This document shows, piece by piece, positions 15,946 to 24,964 of a stretch of 64,000 nucleotides of DNA. The first letter of the stretch is position 1. The number at the start of each line of letters is the position of its first letter. Where the stretch lies: assembly GCA_038323195.1 (NCBI GenBank), contig JBBQGQ010000015.1, forward strand, positions 33,527 to 97,526, in the 5' to 3' direction. This DNA comes from Acidimicrobiia bacterium. GTDB taxonomy: Bacteria > Actinomycetota > Acidimicrobiia > IMCC26256 > PALSA-610. Position numbers and translations under genes: made by a program. The notes under the pieces were generated by a model. The model saw only the letters and a list, made by a program, of their open reading frames with translations, did no database searches and had not been told where the DNA came from.

Positions 15946-16911
15946 TCAGTAGCCGGCGGGAAGCGCGCGTTCCAGGTACACGTAGAAGGGGAAGAGCGCG
16001 ATCAGGAAGGGCAGGACGCCGATCAGCCACGTGTACGGGTGCCGCCAGCGGCGGAACGTCCACCACCACCCGAGTCCGACGAGCGCGGCGACGATTCCCC
16101 AGACGACGCTCGGCTCGAGGCTGCGGGTCTGACCCGACAAGCCTTCCGAGAGGCCGGCTTGCTCCGCGGCGCGGGCTTTGCCGTTGCCGCCCGTCGCGAC
16201 TACCGGCAACGGCCTCGGCTTCGTCGGCTTCGCGCTCTTGGCCGGAGCAAGCTTCGCCTTGATCACGATGCGCTGCGCGGCCGAGCCCTTGGGATTGCAC
16301 GCGGTGAGCGTGAGCTCCGGCCCGGGCGTGTTGTCGACGACCCACACATCAGTCGGTTTGACGATGAGCTGGGCGTACATCTGGTAGTCGAACGTGGTTC
16401 CCGCGAGGGTCTGAATGATGATGTCGTCGCCGACTTTGAGGTCGTCGAGACCCCAGAACGGATGGAGGTACGTCGTGCGGTGGCCCGCGATCGCGGCGTT
16501 GCCGATGGTCCCGGGCAGCGGGGTACCGGGGTAGTGGCCCGGGCCCTTCTTGAGGTCGTCGCGCGACGTGCCCTCGACGTAGTAGAAGGTGATGCCGATG
16601 CGCGGGATCTTGATGACCCCTTCGACGGCGCCGTCGGCCGGTGTGAACAGGGGCGCGAGCCGGTTGGAGTAAACGACCGAGGTGGAGGTGGTGCCGGTCG
16701 GCTTCGCCGGGCCCACCGTCGTCGGGACCGGTCCGACGGTGTCGTTCTCGGCCTGATTCTGCGCCAGCTCTTGCCGGAACGTGTTCTTGAGGGATTCCTG
16801 GGCGCGGGCGGTGAAGATGCCGGTTCCCCACAGCTGATACACGACGAACAGAAGGATCAAGAGCCCGAGGGTCACCAACGTCCGGCCGATGCCCGCGATC
16901 GCACGTCGCAC
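15946..16911 (-). CDS. srtE: class E sortase with C-terminal two-helix membrane extension
   Basis: AIAGHRTTYLHPF (catalytic His), LTLTACNP (TLxTC Cys) and an N-terminal TM. The GTG at 16911 is chosen because TACCAT (complement of 16918-16923) lies 6 nt upstream (leaderless pattern). The track start at 17010 adds 33 Arg-rich residues and would leave only 21 bp to ccmA. Confidence 0.85.
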   Translation of the reverse strand: MRRAIAGIGRTLVTLGLLILLFVVYQLWGTGIFTARAQESLKNTFRQELAQNQAENDTVGPVPTTVGPAKPTGTTSTSVVYSNRLAPLFTPADGAVEGVIKIPRIGITFYYVEGTSRDDLKKGPGHYPGTPLPGTIGNAAIAGHRTTYLHPFWGLDDLKVGDDIIIQTLAGTTFDYQMYAQLIVKPTDVWVVDNTPGPELTLTACNPKGSAAQRIVIKAKLAPAKSAKPTKPRPLPVVATGGNGKARAAEQAGLSEGLSGQTRSLEPSVVWGIVAALVGLGWWWTFRRWRHPYTWLIGVLPFLIALFPFYVYLERALPAGY

Positions 16912-17031
16912 GCTGCGATGGTACCGGCCGTGATCCTGGGGTTCGCGCGCAGTGGCGAGCCCGGTTCGCCGCGCGCGCCGGGATCTCCGTAAGCTTCGTC
17001 CGTACCGCACCCCCGGTCCCCGGAGCTCTGG

Positions 17032-17721
17032 TTGCGCTGCGTACGCCTTCGGTCGGCCGTTTGCATGCTCGGACGATTTCCCGCGCTCGCGGGCGCCGAC
17101 CTCGAGGTCGACACCGGAGAGGTTGTCCTGCTCAGCGGAGCCAACGGCGCCGGCAAGACGACCCTGTTACGGCTGTGCGCGGGGCTGTTGGCGCTGCGCG
17201 CGGGAGAGGCTGACGTGCTCGGGGTGGATCTCCGGGTCGAGCCGCGGCGCGTGCGCCGCGCGGTCGCGCTCGTCGGTCACGAGACCTTCTGCTACGACGA
17301 CCTCACCGTCGCCGAGAACGTGCGCTTCGTGGCGCGTTCGACCGGTCACAGCACCGCCGATGCCGACGACGCCATCGAACGAGTGGGTCTGCAACGGGTC
17401 GCGGGAGTCGCGCACGGCCGGCTGTCGCAAGGGCAGCGCCGGCGGTTGTCGCTCGCCAACGCGCTCGCGCGCAAGCCGCGCCTGCTCCTTCTCGACGAGC
17501 CGCATGCGGGGCTCGACGAGCACGGCCGCAAGGTGTTGGAGGAGGTCGTGCGTTCGGCCCCGGGCGAGGATCGTACGGTGATGTTGGCGTCGCACGAGCT
17601 CGCGCTCGCGCGCAGCCTGGCCACGCGTGAGGTGCGCCTCGTCGCCGGGCAGGTGCACGCGGTTCCGGCCGATCCGCCGGTCGCGGCGCCGGTTCCGGCC
17701 GAGATCGAGGCGCACGCATGA
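17032..17721 (+). CDS. ccmA: heme exporter ATP-binding protein CcmA
   Basis: Walker A GANGAGKTT, signature LSQGQRRR, Walker B LLLLDEP. It is the first gene of a ccm operon. The start is TTG. Confidence 0.85.
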   Translation: MRCVRLRSAVCMLGRFPALAGADLEVDTGEVVLLSGANGAGKTTLLRLCAGLLALRAGEADVLGVDLRVEPRRVRRAVALVGHETFCYDDLTVAENVRFVARSTGHSTADADDAIERVGLQRVAGVAHGRLSQGQRRRLSLANALARKPRLLLLDEPHAGLDEHGRKVLEEVVRSAPGEDRTVMLASHELALARSLATREVRLVAGQVHAVPADPPVAAPVPAEIEAHA

Positions 17722-18392
17722 GCTTCCTGCGCGACGCGCTCCTTGTCGCGGGGAAGGATTTGCGCATCGAACGACGGTCGCGCGTCGCGCTGCAACAGAT
17801 CATTCCGTTCGGCGGGGTCGTCGTGATGATCTTCGCGTTCGCGCTCGATTCCGACCGGACGCTGCTGCGCCGAGCTGCTCCGGGATTGTTCTGGGCCGCG
17901 GTGCTCCTCGCGCTCCTTCTGGCGATCAGTCGGTCGTTCGGGATCGAGGAAGCAAATCGCGCGCGCGACGGTCTCCGGCTGTCAGGACTCGACGGCGGGT
18001 CGATCTTCTTGGGCAAGGCGGCCGCGATCGCCGTCGAGATGTTCCTGCTGGAAGTGATCGTGGGAGCCGCTGTCGTCGTGTTGTACGGCGTCTCGGTCCA
18101 GGGCGCGGTCGTGCTCGGGTGCGCGGCGACTGCCGCGACCGTCGGATTGGCGGCCACCGGTACGGTTTACGGCGTGCTGGCCGGAGGATTGCGCGCGCGC
18201 GAGACGCTCGTGCCGCTGCTCGTGCTCCCGGCGGTCATGCCGGTGATGCTGGGCGCGACGCGCTCGTTCCAGGCCGCGCTCGACGGCACACCGGGCGACG
18301 CCTGGCCCTGGGTGCAGCTGCTCATCGCGTTCGCGGTGCTCGCGGTTGCCGCCGGCACCGTCGCGTTCGGACCGCTGCTGGAGGAAGCATGA
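17718..18392 (+). CDS. ccmB: heme exporter permease CcmB
   Basis: 224-aa polytopic protein whose ATG overlaps the ccmA stop (ATGA). MSFLRDALLVAGKDLRIERRSR... is a typical CcmB N-terminus. Confidence 0.85.
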   Translation: MSFLRDALLVAGKDLRIERRSRVALQQIIPFGGVVVMIFAFALDSDRTLLRRAAPGLFWAAVLLALLLAISRSFGIEEANRARDGLRLSGLDGGSIFLGKAAAIAVEMFLLEVIVGAAVVVLYGVSVQGAVVLGCAATAATVGLAATGTVYGVLAGGLRARETLVPLLVLPAVMPVMLGATRSFQAALDGTPGDAWPWVQLLIAFAVLAVAAGTVAFGPLLEEA

Positions 18393-19111
18393 AGCGGCTC
18401 CTTCTCGCGACGACGGTCGGCGCGCTCGCGGTAACGGCCGTGTTTGCGTTGTGGATCACACCTCCGCGCGCCGATCAGGGCTTCGACGCCGTCCGACTCC
18501 TCTACCTGCATGCACCCACCGCGTGGATCGCGTATCTCGCGTTCGGGATCACCGCACTCGCGTCGCTGTTGTGGCTCGTCCCGCGCACCCGCAACCCGAC
18601 CTGGGACCTGCTCGCCGGTGCGTCGGCCGAGGTCGGCGTGGTGTTCACCGGGCTCACGCTCGTGCTCGGGTCGCTCTGGGGACGGCCGACCTGGGGAACC
18701 TGGTGGGAGTGGGACGCCCGTCTCACCACCACCGCGATCCTCTTCTTCCTCTACCTCGGATACCTCGCCCTGCGCCGCACCGGCGCGACCTGCGACGAGC
18801 GAGGGAAGCGGAGCGCGATCGCCGCACTGATCGCCTTCGTCGACGTTCCGGTCAGCTACCTCTCCGTGACATGGTGGCAGACGTTGCACCAGCAGGGCAC
18901 GGTCTTCAACGAGAGACTCAGCGTGAAGATCGACGGCTCGATGGCCTTCACTCTCGTCGCGTCCGTCGTCGCGTTCACGTTGCTGTACGGCTACCTCGTC
19001 CTCGAGCGCTTCGAGCTCGCACAGCTCGAAGAGGGTCGCGAGGCACGCGAGCTCGACCGCGCGATCGCGGAGCGCCTGCGCGCCGAGCCTGCGGAGGTGG
19101 TTCCGGCATGA
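18389..19111 (+). CDS. ccmC: heme exporter/heme-handling protein CcmC
   Basis: ATG at 18389 overlaps the ccmB stop. It carries the Trp-rich heme-handling motif WGRPTWGTWWEWDARL. Confidence 0.9.
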   Translation: MKRLLLATTVGALAVTAVFALWITPPRADQGFDAVRLLYLHAPTAWIAYLAFGITALASLLWLVPRTRNPTWDLLAGASAEVGVVFTGLTLVLGSLWGRPTWGTWWEWDARLTTTAILFFLYLGYLALRRTGATCDERGKRSAIAALIAFVDVPVSYLSVTWWQTLHQQGTVFNERLSVKIDGSMAFTLVASVVAFTLLYGYLVLERFELAQLEEGREARELDRAIAERLRAEPAEVVPA

Positions 19112-19239
19112 GCCACAATTGGGGCTTCGTGATCGCGGGCTACTCGATCACAACGGTCGCGCTCGGCAGCTATCTCGTGTGGATACGGCAACGGGTTCGC
19201 CACCTCCGTCGAACGCTGCGCGACGAGAACCGTGACTGA
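19108..19239 (+). CDS. ccmD: heme exporter protein CcmD
   Basis: 43-aa single-TM peptide MSHNWGFVIAGYSITTVALGSYLVWIRQRVRHLRRTL... whose ATG overlaps the ccmC stop. Position and size fit CcmD. Confidence 0.75.
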   Translation: MSHNWGFVIAGYSITTVALGSYLVWIRQRVRHLRRTLRDENRD

Positions 19240-19687
19240 GCCCGTCACCGTCACCCCACCTCGCAAACGCAATCGGCTGCGGTACACGATCGTCGCGGTG
19301 CTGTGCCTCGGCGCGGTCGGATGGATGCTCGTGCTGATGCAGAAGAACGTCGTGTTCTTCAAGACCGTGTCGCAGGCGGTGCACGACGAGCCTCACGACG
19401 GCACGCGCACGATGCGGATCGGTGGCGGCGTGCTCCCGGCCAGCATCAGACAACGCTCCGATGGCGCCGACTTCGACCTGAGCGAGGGCGGCATCACCGT
19501 GCACGTGCACCACACGGGCGACGAACCCGAGCTGTTCAAGGACTGCGCGCCGGTCGTCGCCGAGGGTCGTTGGAGCGCTCCCGGCTCGACCACGTTCGAC
19601 TCGACGCGCTTGCTCATCAAGCACGGCGCCGACTACACGCCGCCCAAGACCGCCACCCAATGTCCCGCGGACCCGTTCGGCAATTGA
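19232..19687 (+). CDS. ccmE: cytochrome c maturation heme chaperone CcmE
   Basis: N-terminal TM, an OB-fold-like body and C-terminal LLIKHGADYTPP, which matches the heme-binding KH...Y motif of CcmE. Confidence 0.85.
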   Translation: MTEPVTVTPPRKRNRLRYTIVAVLCLGAVGWMLVLMQKNVVFFKTVSQAVHDEPHDGTRTMRIGGGVLPASIRQRSDGADFDLSEGGITVHVHHTGDEPELFKDCAPVVAEGRWSAPGSTTFDSTRLLIKHGADYTPPKTATQCPADPFGN

Positions 19688-19691
19688 GGCG

Positions 19692-21719
19692 ATGAGAGCT
19701 CAACTCGGCTTCGGCCTGCTCACGATCGCGACCGTCGCGTGCGCGCTCGGACTCGCCACGCTCGCGACCGGACTCGCGACCGGCCGGCACGCGCTGCTCG
19801 AGCTCGGCCGGCGCTACGTCGCCGTGGTGCTCGTGTCGGTCATCGGAGCCTTCGTCGTCATGGAGACGGCGTTGTACGGCCACGACTTCTCGATCAAATA
19901 TGTCGCCGACAACGTCGCGCGCGCGACGCCCGGGCTCTACACGTTCACCGCGGCGTGGGCCGCGCTGGAAGGTTCGATCCTGCTGTGGGCGCTGTTGCTG
20001 TCGGTCTACGTGGCCGTCACCACGTGGCGCTTCCGGAACCGCGCCGGCGACCCGCTCGTCGCCTGGGCCACCCTCGTGCAGTACGCGGTGTTGCTCTTCT
20101 TCTTCGCGCTGATGCTGTTCGCGGCCAACCCGTTCAAGCAGGTGACGGGGCCAGTGCCGCTCGACGGCGCCGGCCCGAACCCGTTGCTCCAGAATCATCC
20201 GCTCGTCGCGATCCACCCGCCGTTTCTCTACACGGGCTACGTCGGTTTCGCGATTCCGTTCTCGTTCGCGCTCGCGGCACTGATCACGGGCCGGTTCGGC
20301 GAAGGATGGCTTGCGGCGGTGCGCCGCACCACGCTCGTCTCGTGGGGTTTCCTGACGGTCGGCATCGTGCTGGGCGCGTGGTGGAGCTATTCGGTGCTCG
20401 GCTGGGGAGGCTATTGGGGTTGGGACCCGGTCGAGAACGCTTCGCTCCTGCCGTGGCTCACCGCGACTGCGTTCATCCATTCAGTGATGGTGCAGGAGCG
20501 GCGGGGGATGCTGCGGGTCTGGAACCTGTCGCTCGTGCTCGCCACGTTCTGCCTGACGATCCTCGGCACGTTCCTGACGCGTTCCGGCGTCATCAACTCG
20601 GTACACGCGTTCTCGCAGTCGAGCATTGGTCCGTGGCTGCTGACATTCCTCGGGGTGTGTGCGCTCTCGAGTGTCGCACTCGTCGCGTGGCGCGGCGACA
20701 AGCTCCGTTCGCCCGGTCGCATCGACTCTGCCGTCTCTCGCGAGGCCGCGTTCTTGTTGAACAACCTGCTCTTTGCCGGTTTCGCGCTCGTAGTGCTCAC
20801 CGGCACCGTGTTCCCGCTGCTGGTCGAGGCGCTGCAGAACAAGCAGATCACCGTGGGCGAGCCCTATTTCACGCGCCTCGGCGTGCCGATCGGCATTGCG
20901 CTGTTGTTCCTCATGTCGGTCGGGCCGGTGCTGCCGTGGCGGGCCGCGAGCGGCGAGGTACTCCGCGACCGGCTGTTGATCCCGGCCTGGGCCGGTGCCC
21001 TCACTCTGGTGGTCACGCTCCTCGCCGGCGCGCACGGCGTCGCCAACGTCGGGGCGTTCGCACTCGGGGCGTTCGCGCTCACGAGCATCGGCCGTTCCGT
21101 CGTCGTCGGTGTCCGGGCGCGAAGACGCGCCACGGCCGAAATGCTCCCGATCGCCGCGGTTCGCACGGTGCGCACGAATCCTCGGTTGTACGGCGGTCTG
21201 CTCGTTCACGCCGGCGTCGTCGTCGTGGCGATCGCGCTCGCGACGACGGGTGGCTACACGACGAGGCGCGAGGTCCAACTCTCGCCGGGCGAGTCGGCGC
21301 GCGTCCGCGGCTACACGGTGACGTATCTCGGGCGCGAGGTCGACCAGTCGGCGCAGAAGACCACGATCAAGGCCCGGGTCCATGTGAGCGGGATCGGCGA
21401 GCTTGCACCCGCGATCAGCACGTTTCCGAATGCAGCCGAGGGCATCGGCACACCGTCGATCCACACGACGCCGTGGCGCGACGTCTACTTGACGCTGGTC
21501 TCCTCGCCGACGTCGGGACGGGTGACCATTGGTGTGCAGGTCGGCACGATGGTGATGTTCCTTTGGATCGGCGGCCTGATCATGGCGCTCGGCTGCGCGC
21601 TCGCGCTCGTCCCCGCGCGCAAGCGAGTCGTACTCGCTCCGGCGATGGCCGGTGCGCCCGGTGACGGTGCGCCATGTGACGGGGCGGCGCCGGCACCGCT
21701 CGCGGAGGCGCGAACATGA
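19692..21719 (+). CDS. ccmF: cytochrome c heme lyase subunit CcmF
   Basis: 675-aa polytopic protein with the WGGYWGWDPVENASLLPWL WWD motif. Confidence 0.9.
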   Translation: MRAQLGFGLLTIATVACALGLATLATGLATGRHALLELGRRYVAVVLVSVIGAFVVMETALYGHDFSIKYVADNVARATPGLYTFTAAWAALEGSILLWALLLSVYVAVTTWRFRNRAGDPLVAWATLVQYAVLLFFFALMLFAANPFKQVTGPVPLDGAGPNPLLQNHPLVAIHPPFLYTGYVGFAIPFSFALAALITGRFGEGWLAAVRRTTLVSWGFLTVGIVLGAWWSYSVLGWGGYWGWDPVENASLLPWLTATAFIHSVMVQERRGMLRVWNLSLVLATFCLTILGTFLTRSGVINSVHAFSQSSIGPWLLTFLGVCALSSVALVAWRGDKLRSPGRIDSAVSREAAFLLNNLLFAGFALVVLTGTVFPLLVEALQNKQITVGEPYFTRLGVPIGIALLFLMSVGPVLPWRAASGEVLRDRLLIPAWAGALTLVVTLLAGAHGVANVGAFALGAFALTSIGRSVVVGVRARRRATAEMLPIAAVRTVRTNPRLYGGLLVHAGVVVVAIALATTGGYTTRREVQLSPGESARVRGYTVTYLGREVDQSAQKTTIKARVHVSGIGELAPAISTFPNAAEGIGTPSIHTTPWRDVYLTLVSSPTSGRVTIGVQVGTMVMFLWIGGLIMALGCALALVPARKRVVLAPAMAGAPGDGAPCDGAAPAPLAEART

Positions 21720-22264
21720 GGCGACTTCGCACCCGTTGGATCGCGCTCGCCGTCGGAGTCGTGCTGGTCGCGTTCGGGGTGGTGCTCGCGGTCCAGCACC
21801 GGTCGGAGCCGTCGGTACCGCGCCTGGTGCTCGAGCACGCACCGGCGCCGAGCTTCGCGCTCCGGGGGCTCGACGGCCGGGCTATCACCTCGGCGCAGAT
21901 GAAGGACAAGACGTACGTCGTCAACTTCTTCAACAGCTGGTGCATCCCGTGTCAGCAAGAGGCGCCCGCACTCAAGGCGTTCTATGCCGAGCACAAGTCG
22001 CAAACCGACTTCGCGATGATCGGGATCGTCATCGACGACGATGCGACGACGATGCGCGGCTACGTACGGGCCCAGGACATCACGTGGCCGGTCGGGATCG
22101 ACCCCAACGGCAGCGCGTCGCTCAGTTTCGGCACCACCGGCCAACCGGAGACGTACGTCATCTCGCCCGACGGCGTCACGGTGTGCGGCACGCTCGGCGC
22201 GTCCACCCTGGCCGCGCTCGACGCCTGGCTCCGGGCCGCGCGCGGCGGCCAAGAATGCGCGTGA
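21716..22264 (+). CDS. ccmG: periplasmic thiol:disulfide oxidoreductase CcmG/DsbE (TlpA family)
   Basis: ATG overlaps the ccmF stop. It has a signal-anchor and a thioredoxin-fold active site, NSWCIPCQQE. Confidence 0.85.
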   Translation: MRRLRTRWIALAVGVVLVAFGVVLAVQHRSEPSVPRLVLEHAPAPSFALRGLDGRAITSAQMKDKTYVVNFFNSWCIPCQQEAPALKAFYAEHKSQTDFAMIGIVIDDDATTMRGYVRAQDITWPVGIDPNGSASLSFGTTGQPETYVISPDGVTVCGTLGASTLAALDAWLRAARGGQECA

Positions 22265-22277
22265 GCCGACCGCCCCG

Positions 22278-22757
22278 ATGAACACGCGCAAGCTCGTGCC
22301 CTGGTTCGTGCTCGCGATCGTCGTGATCGCAGGCCTCGCCGTGCTCGTGGTGCGCTCCCGCCCGAGCAACTCGCCCGCGGCGCGCGCCGAGCGCCTCGAG
22401 CACCAGCTCGCGTGCCCGGTGTGCGACGGTCAGTCGGTTGCCGACAGCAACTCGCCCCAGTCGCAGGCCATCCGCGACGACATCCCGCGCCGGATCGCCG
22501 CCGGCCAATCCGACTCCGAGATCCGGGCGTTCTACGTGTCGAGGTATACGGAGAAGATCCTCGAGACGCCGTCGAATTCCGGTCTCGGCCTCGTGGCTTG
22601 GGGCCTGCCCGCGCTGGCGGTCATCCTGGGAGCGGCGAGCATCTTCGTCGCGGTGCGCAGGTGGAGCCGTACGCCCCGGCTGGCGGCCACCGACGCGGAC
22701 GAAGACGTCGTGCGCGTGGCGCGTGAGCACATCCGCCGAAGCGAGCTCCACGAATGA
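22278..22757 (+). CDS. ccmH: cytochrome c maturation protein CcmH
   Basis: ATG at 22278. N-terminal TM, LACPVCDGQSVADSNSPQSQAIRDDI (the CcmH CxxC motif context) and a second TM. Confidence 0.85.
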   Translation: MNTRKLVPWFVLAIVVIAGLAVLVVRSRPSNSPAARAERLEHQLACPVCDGQSVADSNSPQSQAIRDDIPRRIAAGQSDSEIRAFYVSRYTEKILETPSNSGLGLVAWGLPALAVILGAASIFVAVRRWSRTPRLAATDADEDVVRVAREHIRRSELHE

Positions 22758-23626
22758 CCGACGACCGCGCCGACCACGCCCATCCCGACGGGGACGACGA
22801 GCTCGCGTCCGAGCGCGACTTCCTCTTGCGCTCGCTCGACGATCTCGATGACGAGCGCGCGGCCGGCAACATCGACGCCGACACGTACCGCGTGCTGCAC
22901 GACGACTACACCGCGCGCGCGTCCGCCGTCATCCAGTCGATCGCCGACGGGGTCGAGCGGCGGTCGCCCGAGGGACCACGCGCCCCGACCGCGATGCGGG
23001 TGGTCACCTTCGGTGGCATCTTCGTGTTCGCGGTCATCGCCGCGTTCCTGCTCGCGCACGCGGTGGGGCAACGGCGACCCGGACAACAGATCACGGGCGA
23101 CGCGCAGTCCCATGGCACTTCGACCACCGTGTCGCCCGCGAACCTGGCCGCGGCCGCCAAGGCCGCGGCCGCTGCGCAACCGAAGAGCTACGGCGCGCGC
23201 ATCAGCTACGCGCGCGCCCTACTGTCGGCCAATGTGTACTCGGCGGCCGTGCAGGAGTACATCGTGGCCGCGAAGCTCGACCCGACCCAGGCCGAGCCTC
23301 TCGCGTACACGGGTTGGCTCACGGCCCTCTTCGCTGGAAACGAGACCAACTCGGTGACGAAGAAAGCGCTCCTCGACGCCGCGTCCACAAGCCTCGATCG
23401 CGCGATCTCGGTCGATCCGACCTACCCTGACTCGTATGTCTTCAAGGGGCTGGTGCTGACGCGGTTCGAGAACGAGCAGTGCAACGGCGCCGTCGCGTTC
23501 GAGCAGTTCCTCGCGACTGCGCCCGACGACCACCCGATGCGCCCGCAGGTCCTCACCGCGCTGGCGCAGGCGGTGAAAGCGGGCACATGCCCCCCACCGC
23601 AGAGCACACCGACCACCAAACCGTAA
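22754..23626 (+). CDS. TPR-containing cytochrome c biogenesis factor (CcmI/CycH-like)
   Basis: ATG overlaps the ccmH stop (ATGA). It has a single TM followed by TPR-like repeats (YARALLSANVYSAAVQEYIVAAKLDPTQAEPLAYTGW...). The name is inferred from position and architecture. Confidence 0.65.
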   Translation: MTDDRADHAHPDGDDELASERDFLLRSLDDLDDERAAGNIDADTYRVLHDDYTARASAVIQSIADGVERRSPEGPRAPTAMRVVTFGGIFVFAVIAAFLLAHAVGQRRPGQQITGDAQSHGTSTTVSPANLAAAAKAAAAAQPKSYGARISYARALLSANVYSAAVQEYIVAAKLDPTQAEPLAYTGWLTALFAGNETNSVTKKALLDAASTSLDRAISVDPTYPDSYVFKGLVLTRFENEQCNGAVAFEQFLATAPDDHPMRPQVLTALAQAVKAGTCPPPQSTPTTKP

Positions 23627-23636
23627 GGAGCCCGTC

Positions 23637-24116
23637 GTGGCCGCGAAGAAGATGCCCGATCACCAGACCGACGCCGCGTTGATCTACCGCGTCACGATCA
23701 CCACCGATCGTGGTTCCATCGTGATGGATCTCGACCCACAGCTCGCGCCGAACACAGTCAACAACTTCATCGGCCTGGCCCGTCAGGGGTACTACGACTC
23801 GCTCACCTTCCACCGGGTCGTGCCGGAGTTCGTGATCCAGGGCGGCTGTCCCGAGGGCAGCGGTCGCGGCGGGCCCGGCTACAAGTTCGCCGACGAGCCG
23901 GTCAAGGGTGACTACACACTCGGCGCGGTCGCGATGGCAAACGCCGGGCCCGACACCAACGGTTCGCAGTTCTTCATCTGCATCGACGACTGCACCCGCA
24001 AGCTCACGCCCAACTACAACCTGTTCGGCCACGTGGTCGAGGGTATGGACGTTGCCCAAGCGACCAAGGTCGGCGACGTGATGACCAAGATCGAGATCGA
24101 AGAGCGCCCCCGGTAG
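23637..24116 (+). CDS. cyclophilin-type peptidyl-prolyl cis-trans isomerase
   Basis: 159-aa ORF. APNTVNNFIGLARQGYYDSLTFHRVVPEFVIQGG...NAGPDTNGSQFFI is the cyclophilin signature. AAGGAG precedes the GTG start. Confidence 0.9.
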   Translation: MAAKKMPDHQTDAALIYRVTITTDRGSIVMDLDPQLAPNTVNNFIGLARQGYYDSLTFHRVVPEFVIQGGCPEGSGRGGPGYKFADEPVKGDYTLGAVAMANAGPDTNGSQFFICIDDCTRKLTPNYNLFGHVVEGMDVAQATKVGDVMTKIEIEERPR

Positions 24117-24124
24117 CGCGCGGC

Positions 24125-24964
24125 TCAGGTCGCGGCGCTGTCGATCAGGCCGTAGCGCTTGCGGATCGAGCGAAGGATCGTGCCGAACAAGACTGCATCG
24201 ACGACGACGCCGATGACGAAGATGACGATCATCGCCTCGTAGACGGAGACGAAATCGGCGTTCTGGGCCGCGTTGTTCAATGCCTCGCCCAGGCCGATGT
24301 GTCCGGGGAATCCGGCGATCAGCTCACCGGCCATGAGGCTGCGCCAGGCGAAGGCCCAGCCTTGCTTGAGACCGCCGACGACCGACGGAAGCGCGGCCGG
24401 GACTACGACGTAGCGCAGCGCGGACCAGCCGCGCGCGCCGAGTACGCGTCCCGCGCGCATGAGCAACGGTGGAACGTTGTCGATGCCGTCGATGATGCCG
24501 TTGGCGATCGACGGCGCCGCGCCGAGGACTACGACGAACAAGATTGCACGCTCACTGAGCTGGAAGAGAACGATCGCGAGCGGCACCCAGGCCACCGACG
24601 GCATCGTCTGCAGGCCGGTGATCATCGATCCGATTCCGGCGCGGAGCACCCGTACGCGCGCGACCGAGAGTCCGATCACTCCGCCGATCAAGATCGACAC
24701 GGCAAACCCGATGCCGGCCCGGCGCATCGTCACCTCGACCGCTCGGCTCAGAGATCCGGTGTCGTGCGGGAACTGGGCAAGAACGGTGAACGGCGACGGG
24801 ACGACGTACTCGGGCTTCCAGTGCGTCCACACGAGCACTTGCCAGGCGCCGAGGAATATCGCCACCGCCAGCACCTTGGGCCAGACGGCAGGCCAGAGCT
24901 TGGCGCCGGCCGGTTTCGAACGCAGCTCGCCGATGACGACCGCATCCGCGACGTCAACGGCCAT
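24125..24964 (-). CDS. ABC transporter permease (nitrate/sulfonate/taurine NitT family)
   Basis: 279-aa polytopic protein with the binding-protein-dependent transport EAA-loop region (...RAGRVLGARGWSALRYVVVPAALP...). Confidence 0.85.
   Translation of the reverse strand: MAVDVADAVVIGELRSKPAGAKLWPAVWPKVLAVAIFLGAWQVLVWTHWKPEYVVPSPFTVLAQFPHDTGSLSRAVEVTMRRAGIGFAVSILIGGVIGLSVARVRVLRAGIGSMITGLQTMPSVAWVPLAIVLFQLSERAILFVVVLGAAPSIANGIIDGIDNVPPLLMRAGRVLGARGWSALRYVVVPAALPSVVGGLKQGWAFAWRSLMAGELIAGFPGHIGLGEALNNAAQNADFVSVYEAMIVIFVIGVVVDAVLFGTILRSIRKRYGLIDSAAT

Noticed and set aside
15946-17010. Longer sortase start (GTG at 17010), as in the track
   Set aside because: The extra 33 residues are Arg-rich, with no TM or known sortase feature. 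That start would leave 21 bp to ccmA and would cover ccmA's likely -10. The GTG at 16911 has a TACCAT box 6 nt upstream and gives a normal short cytoplasmic tail plus TM.
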